Source: a bacterium (GTDB taxonomy: Bacteria; Patescibacteriota; Andersenbacteria; UBA10190; CAIZMI01). From it: 64,000 bases of DNA. Below are positions 56,869 to 64,000 of the stretch, piece by piece. Position 1 is the stretch's first letter. Each line of letters starts with the position of its first letter. Below the pieces are notes generated by a model. The model was not told the DNA's origin and ran no database searches. It saw only the letters and a list, made by a program, of their open reading frames with translations. Position numbers and translations under genes: made by a program. The stretch is from positions 3,878 through 67,877 of the forward strand of contig JAUSJG010000024.1 in the NCBI GenBank assembly GCA_030647555.1, given 5' to 3'.

Positions 56869-58752
56869 TCACTTCTTCTTTGTCGTGAGCAAACCCAACG
56901 TGTTGCCTTTCACGACAACAATCGTCGAGCCGTCAATCAGCTGAATTGCGTCACCTTCGGAAACGGCGTCGACCGTTCCTTCTCGAACTACCGGATCTCC
57001 TCCTTTCTTCCAAATCATCAACCCGTCATCCGCCGAGAACAAGATTGTTCCCTTTAGATATGCGGCCTGATTGATTACCCCGGAAAACTGCGCGGATTGC
57101 ACAACATCGGTTAAGACCTCAAATCGATCAACCAATGTTACTTGCTTGCCACGTGTGTTTTCCAGTACCCGAAACACCACTAATTCACTTTTGTCGAAAG
57201 CGGCAACGTGCTGGCGTTGTTGAAAATACCCGCGCGGAATGCCTTGGACGGCAATCTTTTTTCGCGCGAAACCCTGCAACACCGACCATTCATAGACGCC
57301 GCTCGCGTAGGCCATAATCACCAGACCAGCCAGACATTCTCCCAACCAAGTGGCACCAATCGGCATTCCTTGCACAACTGGTTTATATACCCAGTTGCCA
57401 ACGATGGATTGCCAACGCATCACCTGCGCACCGACGCAACGATGGAAGAATTCACCGACACCAAACGACGGTTTTCCCAGAAAATTGTTCGTCGTCGTCG
57501 TTTCAATTTTTTCTCCAGAATGATTGAAAATTTGGACGCTTTCAGAATCCGCCACCACCACCAGTTCTTTTCCGATAGCAACGGAATAATCCGCACCACT
57601 TTGAATTTCGAACTGAAGGAAGTTTTCTTTTTCGACTTTTCCGCTTTCACTCAACACACTCAATCTGAAACGCTTTCCTTCACGCACTACCATGAGAACT
57701 TGTCTTGCGACAATCGCAGTAGCGACGATCGGATAACGCGTCTTGAAGATGTCGGGAGTATATTGCACTGCAAACACTCCTACCGGTTGAGGCATAAACA
57801 CCTGTTTTTGACAAAACGGACACTTGGCACGCGCGAACTCGTTGTGGCAATGGGGGCACTCTTGGAACTTGAGCTCAAACATCCAGTCGGGCAGAGATTT
57901 CTCCGCTCTTTTCATCTGGACTAACTCTTGCTCCAAGAGTTGCAACGCTTCATCCGGCAGAATTTCAATCGGCAAGGCGTTGCCGATCGTTTCCGCCTTC
58001 GGATGAAAGCGGGACAATCCCGCCAGAACCCGTTCGGGAATATCCATCCCCGTCGTGGCTTTCTTAAACCATTGACCGGCCGCCCGAAATGGGTGACCAC
58101 CGCGCGTTATCCCCGTGATATAGTGGATACGTAATGACCACTCGTCATCTTCCGGCAGAAATGGCACCAACCCAGCAGCCAAATCACGGTTGTAAAGCCG
58201 TGGCGCGCCGTAGGCAAAATGAATCTCCCTGCCATTGAAACCGGGAACTTGGTAAGAATCGGCGTCACAGCCCAAGACCTTCCCAAACTGTGAAAAGTGA
58301 AACATGGCATTGCCGGGATTGAAATCGCAAATAACCAATCCGGCCACGTGAATCAGGTTTTTCAGGGCGTTCAATCCCTTAAGAACTTTCAGCGCGCGAC
58401 TTGGCGTGATCAATTGCCTCGCCCAAAATTGCGGCGAGTAAAGTTCGGCTAACGCCCCATACCCTTTTGGCATCAGTTCCATGATGAAACCTTGAAAGAC
58501 ATCTTGCCTATCGGTAATCACTTTTTCCGGTGGCAAAATTTCCTTAGGCAAATTCATGGTGACCATCCGCGGAATCTTCTGCGCCCTTACCTCCCGCATC
58601 GTTTCTTTATCCGGATCACCATCGTAAACGAAAATCTTCGCCGCTTTCGGTTTTCCTTGAACATCACAGCGATAGACACTCGCCATCGCCCCCTGTCCGA
58701 GCATTTCTTTCAGCTGAACAGGTTTTCCGTCAACGTAAACGATATCGCTCAT
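56869..58752 (-). CDS. Ser/Thr protein kinase (YegI/TerY-P-type) with Zn ribbon and C-terminal beta-rich domain
   Basis: LGQGAMASVY, AAKIF, ICDFNPGN, DADSYQ, GHPF; CPHC-x8-CPFC. Confidence 0.85.
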   Translation of the reverse strand: MSDIVYVDGKPVQLKEMLGQGAMASVYRCDVQGKPKAAKIFVYDGDPDKETMREVRAQKIPRMVTMNLPKEILPPEKVITDRQDVFQGFIMELMPKGYGALAELYSPQFWARQLITPSRALKVLKGLNALKNLIHVAGLVICDFNPGNAMFHFSQFGKVLGCDADSYQVPGFNGREIHFAYGAPRLYNRDLAAGLVPFLPEDDEWSLRIHYITGITRGGHPFRAAGQWFKKATTGMDIPERVLAGLSRFHPKAETIGNALPIEILPDEALQLLEQELVQMKRAEKSLPDWMFELKFQECPHCHNEFARAKCPFCQKQVFMPQPVGVFAVQYTPDIFKTRYPIVATAIVARQVLMVVREGKRFRLSVLSESGKVEKENFLQFEIQSGADYSVAIGKELVVVADSESVQIFNHSGEKIETTTTNNFLGKPSFGVGEFFHRCVGAQVMRWQSIVGNWVYKPVVQGMPIGATWLGECLAGLVIMAYASGVYEWSVLQGFARKKIAVQGIPRGYFQQRQHVAAFDKSELVVFRVLENTRGKQVTLVDRFEVLTDVVQSAQFSGVINQAAYLKGTILFSADDGLMIWKKGGDPVVREGTVDAVSEGDAIQLIDGSTIVVVKGNTLGLLTTKKK

Positions 58753-59651
58753 TAAGTCACCTCTCTTTCAATAAAAACACCGCTGATATCATCATCAAAA
58801 ATCACCGATCCGTCCGGCATCGTATTTTTTTTCACCAACAGACGCGCCAAATCGTCCACCTCTTCGGGATGATAAACGTTCCACGCATCATCACTCGACA
58901 AGATAGTTAGATCCTCGTCCTCTCGTCGGTTGTTGAGATCCAACAGCCAAGTTTCAAACTTGCGCCACTTCCAACGCCCAAACGGATTAGCCGGCGCATG
59001 ATGCCAAGGCCAACCATCGGTCGTAACTCCCAACTTTTGAAAATTCGGTGGCACACGAATTACTTTGGAATGTAGATCGGCTGGATCGCCAGGGTATTCC
59101 TGACCCTTGATCGCCAACATGTAACCCAAATAGGGCGGCATGTCATTGTAGTCAAAGATGCTTAATTTCCCGTCCAAGGAAACTTTTGCATCACCACGAA
59201 CCAAAACCAATCCTCCTTCATCTTCATGCACACAAACCCCCAGAACGGTTGCTTGATACATTTCTGCAATCGCGGCATAAACCAAGTAGTTATCCGACTC
59301 CATCAGATCAACTGCACGGTCGTAAACCGTAAGTTCCGACAGAAATTGTGCTCCACCCGGATAAGCGGCAATGGCATTCATCAGATATCGCTGTAACAAC
59401 CGGTCGTAGGCGCCGGGAAAAATATCCCAGGACACACCCAGTTTGACCAGTTGCCACATCGCCTGCGTGGCGGCATGACACAGCTGCGCCGCACCGGCCT
59501 CACTTTTACTGCTTGCAGAACAACCATCGGCAACAGAGGCGACGATCATTTTGTCGCGCCGAAAGGAAAAAACCATATCCTGGCAGTTCTTTCGGCGATT
59601 GTAATGCGTCGGACCAGGTTTTGCCGCCGAACCACACCATACTCTTCCCAT
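58752..59651 (-). CDS. PP2C-like protein phosphatase (YegK/TerY-P-type)
   Basis: G.TH....NCQD, VADGCS, RGDA, TTDG and DDIS motifs; TAATG coupling to the kinase. Confidence 0.85.
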   Translation of the reverse strand: MGRVWCGSAAKPGPTHYNRRKNCQDMVFSFRRDKMIVASVADGCSASSKSEAGAAQLCHAATQAMWQLVKLGVSWDIFPGAYDRLLQRYLMNAIAAYPGGAQFLSELTVYDRAVDLMESDNYLVYAAIAEMYQATVLGVCVHEDEGGLVLVRGDAKVSLDGKLSIFDYNDMPPYLGYMLAIKGQEYPGDPADLHSKVIRVPPNFQKLGVTTDGWPWHHAPANPFGRWKWRKFETWLLDLNNRREDEDLTILSSDDAWNVYHPEEVDDLARLLVKKNTMPDGSVIFDDDISGVFIEREVT

Positions 59652-59753
59652 TTTGTCACTCCTTGTACTTATTATCTAGAATCGCAAGTTGTCAAAACAA
59701 CCAACCAAACCGCACCCTTTTGACCCTACGAGGATCATCCGGAGCAAGGGGTA

Positions 59754-59783
59754 AAGGTATATCACATCTATAATTCTTGTCAA
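59754..59783 (-). promoter_or_regulatory. Candidate promoter of the island
   Basis: Minus strand TTGACA at 59783-59778, TACCTT 18 nt downstream. Confidence 0.45.
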
Positions 59784-59835
59784 GCAAAAAATCGGCTTGT
59801 TTTGACACATCAAAACGGCCATACTGACCGCTAAT

Positions 59836-60381
59836 ATGAATAATATTATTGATGCTCAAAATGGCGACGAGACGGCATTTGCTGAATTGGTTAAACAAAA
59901 CTTGCCACTAATTTACCGCTACATATTTCGATTAACGGGAAACGTGGCCACGGCCGAGGATTTAACCCAAGAAACATTCGTGCGCGTTTGGAAAAACTTG
60001 TCGCGTTTTGACACCAAAAAACCTTTTCGCCCGTGGCTTTACCGCATTGCGCGCAACTGCGCTTTCGATTTCTTGCGCAAGAAAAATACCGTGCCGTTTT
60101 CTTATTTGTCGGAGCAGGAGCAACTAAAATTGGGAACCCTGCCGGACAATAGTACTTCTCCGGCCGATGCACGCGATAGCACTTCGCAAATCGTTTTGTT
60201 GACAACAGATACAACCTACGAAAAGACGACAACCGCCACACAAGGTGATTTTCAAACAAGTGCCTCGGTAGTAATAAACGGCAAATCCAATCCGGATGGT
60301 TCAGTCACCGCCACATCCGTCCAAACCGCGCCGGCAAATTTAGGACAAGGTCAAAATCAAGGTCGACTAATAAGTCAGTAA
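59836..60381 (+). pseudogene. ECF sigma-70 region 2 fused in frame to the tail of an unrelated (DUF5666-like) protein; sigma region 4 missing
   Basis: AEDLTQETFVRVW...FRPWLYRIARN..FDFLRK, then an abrupt switch to SQIVLL...V.G..NPDGSVTATSVQ. Confidence 0.7.
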
Positions 60382-60514
60382 ATATCTAAACAGAAAAAGT
60401 GTCAACTACTGTTGACACTTTAAAAAAATACCCCTAAAATACGAACACATCCCCCTGGGATCGTCCCCGAGTGATGTGTTCGTTTCTCTCGAGAACTTCA
60501 GAAGGGAGTCTCTC

Positions 60515-60781
60515 ATGCAACGGTTTTTGGTTGTAGTGGCGTCGATGATTTTTTTTGTCTCAATCATTTCGGCCGGCAACGCGTTTGGCGATGCTTTCCG
60601 GCTTGGTTGCGGATGCGGACGCGGAGCCGACCCGTCGGTTTGCGTGGCCACCACGACACCGCCCACCACGCACGAAGTTGCCCAAGTGGCCGTTCCCAAG
60701 CAACCCAACGCCGGTTGCGCGGGAAAAGCGTGTAAGCAACGCCTCGGATCGCGATTGGCGGCTCGCCTCCGACATCGCTAG
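60515..60781 (+). CDS. Small secreted Cys-containing basic peptide
   Basis: AAGGGAG SD, signal peptide, CGC...C...CAGKAC, followed by a terminator. Confidence 0.55.
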   Translation: MQRFLVVVASMIFFVSIISAGNAFGDAFRLGCGCGRGADPSVCVATTTPPTTHEVAQVAVPKQPNAGCAGKACKQRLGSRLAARLRHR

Positions 60782-60802
60782 ACGCCTGATGTCTGCGACC
60801 CG

Positions 60803-60844
60803 GCACGTTTTCGTACTACCAAGTACGGAAACGTGCTCTTTTTT
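60803..60844 (+). terminator. Intrinsic terminator
   Basis: GCACGTTTTCGTACT-loop-AGTACGGAAACGTGC followed by a T run. Confidence 0.8.
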
Positions 60845-60954
60845 AATCCCCATTAACGTCTTCCTGATCACACGCAATAGTGGGATAGTTTCAGTAAAGC
60901 GATATTCCTTTAAGCCATTTTTACCACATCGGAGGTACCACTTCCGGGATCGGA

Positions 60955-61971
60955 TTAGTAACTGTGAATAATTTTCAATATATTGCTTGAAAGACTTTCA
61001 AATTCTTCTTTAGATTTTTCAATGTTTTCTTTTGTTCCCTGATGATGATCCGCAACCTGCGCGGGGTCCAAGTTGAAAATAGCCGTCCCAATCTCCTGAC
61101 ACTTTGATGGAATTCTTCCATAATCCTGAACAGTTTGTAATGGATTTCTCCAACTACTCTCCACAAGCCCGTTCCGGCAATGCTTTTCCGACAAATATTC
61201 TCTCACCTTGCCGGGAATTTTCTGCATCCACGCACGATGATCGGCGATTGGCTGTTCACCATAAACATTATATGAATTGACAATATAACCGATAAAAAGA
61301 GGGTCGCCCTGCAAAACAAATTTCGTTTCAGTGTTTCCGGCCAGTGCCTTCGCGCTATTCCTCCAATTTATTTTCCACTTTTCATAAACGATACCAAGAT
61401 TTTCAATTCCCTGAACACTGAAAGCATCAGGCAACACCGGAACAACGAAATAATCCGCGCCAAGCAAAATCATTTGATTAAGCAAACCCAAACTTGGCGA
61501 AGTATCAATCACAAAAACATCAACTTGATCGCTTAATCCTTTTTCCCTCAAAAAACGATCAATCGCGCTTGTCTGAAAATATCCTATTTGCTGACCGGAT
61601 GCCGCTTGGCCATAGGCAGTGATTAATAAACCCTCATAAACAGACAAATTCAAGTCCCCTTTCAATAAAAACAAGTTAGAATTTTCCCTAACTCGCAAAA
61701 ATTGCACGCCAAGATTGATATCGGAACCACCCTCGACCACACCTTTTAATACGTCAAAAATTGTCTTTTCATCTCCCGAAAAAAGATTCTTAACGTAAAA
61801 CTCCTCGCCCATCGCAAGACGACTAAGATTGCACTGCGGATCCAAATCGATCAACACTGTCTTATAACCTTTTTCCGCAAAAGCTACCGCACAATTATAG
61901 GCAAGGGTTGTTTTTCCTACACCGCCTTTATTGTTGGAAAAAATTACTTTTTTCGACCGCGGAAACTTCAT
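60955..61971 (-). CDS. ParA/MinD-family ATPase
   Basis: NNKGGVGKTT, DLDPQCNL, IDTSPSLG and PDAFS motifs. Confidence 0.9.
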   Translation of the reverse strand: MKFPRSKKVIFSNNKGGVGKTTLAYNCAVAFAEKGYKTVLIDLDPQCNLSRLAMGEEFYVKNLFSGDEKTIFDVLKGVVEGGSDINLGVQFLRVRENSNLFLLKGDLNLSVYEGLLITAYGQAASGQQIGYFQTSAIDRFLREKGLSDQVDVFVIDTSPSLGLLNQMILLGADYFVVPVLPDAFSVQGIENLGIVYEKWKINWRNSAKALAGNTETKFVLQGDPLFIGYIVNSYNVYGEQPIADHRAWMQKIPGKVREYLSEKHCRNGLVESSWRNPLQTVQDYGRIPSKCQEIGTAIFNLDPAQVADHHQGTKENIEKSKEEFESLSSNILKIIHSY

Positions 61972-62071
61972 AATTGCATTATGCCAGATGCGTCAAATAT
62001 ATCAAAATCAAAACAACTACACAAACAAAAAACCATTTGCCAAAGCCTGCTTTACACATTACACCATAGCT

Positions 62072-64000
62072 ATGACTTTACTCTCGCCTGATATTATTAA
62101 TCGCTCCGCAAAGAAATACTTTGATTACGCCATTTTTCGCCGTGGCGAGGATTATTTTCAACGCGGACGGGTAAAAAATATCGATTTTGAGATTAGCGAG
62201 GATGACAAAACAGTACTGGTGACCGCGAAAGTCCGCGGTTCAAGAAGCTATGAATCTTCCGTAACGTTCAACGCGGAAAGCGGTGAAATTTTAGACGCAA
62301 CATGCACTTGCCCATATGATGACGCCTGCAAACATTGCGTTGCGACCGCACTGGCATTTGCCGAAAAAACCGCAATTACGAAGGTTTCGGGAGTAAACGA
62401 AGTAATAGTTAAAACGGCGTTGAAAAATATGGGCATTTCCGTCGAAAAAATGCCCGCGGATTTATTAAACCGCATTTTGGATTACCAAGAAGAAACCCAA
62501 AAACAACCACGTTTATTTGCGGTTCCGAAAAAGGTTTTGATGCCAAAAATACCTAAACCACCTCAACCGAAAAAGTTTTTTATCAAGCTTTCTCATTATC
62601 CTTATTATGCTCCAAGTTTATACAACGAAGATAACCCCCACCAACCCGCCAGTTTAAAAAGAACACTGGATTTACCACAAATAACGACAGCGCAATGTGA
62701 ACTGCTTTTACTTATTCAGGAGGGAAATTTCCAACAATACTCCTCCGCTCAACCGGACTACGGCAAATTATTGCCACTTCTTGCCAAGGCGGAATTCCCT
62801 GTTTATCGCGAAAACATTTATACCGAAGATACGCAACTTGATATTGTTATTGATCCGTCGCCCTTGCAGGCAACACTAAAACATTATTCCGTACGCCAAC
62901 AAATCGATAAAACAAAAGTACGGCACGACTTCTACCTGGAAATGCCCGCCAAATATTGGAAAACTGACGAATCTTTTTACGGCAATCCATTTTTAGCAAA
63001 TAATGATTGCGCCATTCGCGACACCGGAACAACTCTTGAACTGCATCGGCTTTCTCCGCTGTTGGCAAAATTAATTGCCCGAGCTCGTCGCGATTATTAT
63101 AGTGAAAGCAGTAAAATCACACCGCCGGTATGTACCGCAGAACTAACCGGAGATGAGGTGGCACAATATGAACAACTTACCGCCGATGTACAGCAGTTTT
63201 TGAAACTTTCCGCACCACTTCCGCCCCTTTCCGTTCACGTAGAAAAAAATACGCCCCGTCCGGTTTTTTTGGCGCACTTTAATAATGCGGAACAAGAAAT
63301 AAACGTAGCGCCCGCCATCGACTACGGATTTTACCAACAAGATATTTCAAAAGACATATATTTAAGTAGACGAAAATACGATAGCGGACTAAAACGAGTG
63401 GCACCATGGGAACACCCCGGTACACATATCGTTGATGTCAAAGATAACATAATTCATGTTGCGGAAATAAATGCTGATCTGGAAATTAACTTGTTTTCGG
63501 AAATCATGAAGAAAAACACTGAACTGGGTTTTTCTGAAAAATTAAGATGCAAAAAAATAGGAACCAAACCGCTTGAAAACTACCTGCGCGACGGTTGGCC
63601 CAAAGTATTGGCGTATGCCAATGAAAAAGGCTACGGAATAATTTTTACGCAAGATACACTACCAACGGAAGAAGAAATTTTTCGCGCCGATTTTGCGTCA
63701 CAAATAAACGCTGACAATGATTGGCTTTATTTCGATTTAAAGTGTTATTGCGGAGAAGAAAAAGTTACCCTAGAAAAACTACTTGAGTTCTTAAACAGTG
63801 GACAAAAATATTGGAAAAAAGATGACGGCACACTGGTAAACGTCGCCAACCGTGAGGAGCTGGAACGACTGGCGCGACTACTGGAAAGTTTTCACGCTAA
63901 AGAAAACGGCGGTTTCGAAGGGCGCCTGCACCACGCGGCGGAACTGGAATACGTGATGACCAGCTCACCCCACTACAATGCCGTTCGCGAAGAAAGCTTC
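62072..64000 (+). CDS. SWIM zinc finger / SNF2-family helicase N-terminal part, runs off the right edge
   Basis: Not in the ORF track. Manual translation from ATG 62072: RGEDYF..GRV, TCTCPYDDACKHCVA (SWIM), later NDWLYFDL...YWKKDDGTLV (SNF2-associated region). Confidence 0.85.
   Translation, partial: MTLLSPDIINRSAKKYFDYAIFRRGEDYFQRGRVKNIDFEISEDDKTVLVTAKVRGSRSYESSVTFNAESGEILDATCTCPYDDACKHCVATALAFAEKTAITKVSGVNEVIVKTALKNMGISVEKMPADLLNRILDYQEETQKQPRLFAVPKKVLMPKIPKPPQPKKFFIKLSHYPYYAPSLYNEDNPHQPASLKRTLDLPQITTAQCELLLLIQEGNFQQYSSAQPDYGKLLPLLAKAEFPVYRENIYTEDTQLDIVIDPSPLQATLKHYSVRQQIDKTKVRHDFYLEMPAKYWKTDESFYGNPFLANNDCAIRDTGTTLELHRLSPLLAKLIARARRDYYSESSKITPPVCTAELTGDEVAQYEQLTADVQQFLKLSAPLPPLSVHVEKNTPRPVFLAHFNNAEQEINVAPAIDYGFYQQDISKDIYLSRRKYDSGLKRVAPWEHPGTHIVDVKDNIIHVAEINADLEINLFSEIMKKNTELGFSEKLRCKKIGTKPLENYLRDGWPKVLAYANEKGYGIIFTQDTLPTEEEIFRADFASQINADNDWLYFDLKCYCGEEKVTLEKLLEFLNSGQKYWKKDDGTLVNVANREELERLARLLESFHAKENGGFEGRLHHAAELEYVMTSSPHYNAVREESF

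Noticed and set aside
55891-57057. 388-aa plus-strand ORF
   Set aside because: Antisense shadow of the PncA fusion and kinase genes; no recognisable motifs.
47140-59783. NrtR-type operator or regulator, prophage, integrase
   Set aside because: No convincing operator palindrome, no HTH on the NUDIX protein, and no phage structural or recombinase genes.
1-64000. Alternative genetic code (TGA readthrough), rRNA/tRNA, DGR or retron
   Set aside because: Known genes are full length in code 11 and several end in TGA; no RNA-gene signatures or reverse transcriptase were seen.

Overview
Bacterial genomic window in standard code 11. It is most consistent with a Patescibacteria/CPR genome (inference from a DUF5667 protein, sortase with DUF11 surface proteins, split transketolase, leaderless-type promoters and AT-rich palindromic intergenic elements). 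No rRNA, tRNA, CRISPR array or intact transposase was seen. From left to right: NUDIX-like, SNase and GH130 genes; a sortase flanked by two paralogous PT-linker/DUF11 proteins ending in a VPV(T/S)AKTG signal; a split transketolase with an in-frame palindromic insertion; a 2139-aa surface protein; an isolated purL-purQ pair; glpK-like/gpsA/phosphatase genes; an 11-gene CsoR copper locus with two P1B ATPases; small hydrolases among nested palindromic repeats; and GH88 with an unknown secreted partner. Next is a 12.5-kb minus-strand island (47140-59651), followed by a broken ECF sigma gene, a ParA-type ATPase and a SWIM/SNF2 helicase that runs off the right end. The island is the best candidate for a new system. 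It joins a TerY-P-like triad (PP2C phosphatase, Ser/Thr kinase, vWA) and a nicotinamidase fused to an unknown domain with NUDIX, NadD, PncB, Prs and NadE. Together these are all the enzymes needed to rebuild NAD+ from both products of NAD+ cleavage (ADP-ribose and nicotinamide). Two of its transcription units are bracketed by perfect 13-14 bp inverted repeats that start right after a boxA-like motif, an rRNA-leader-like layout on mRNAs.
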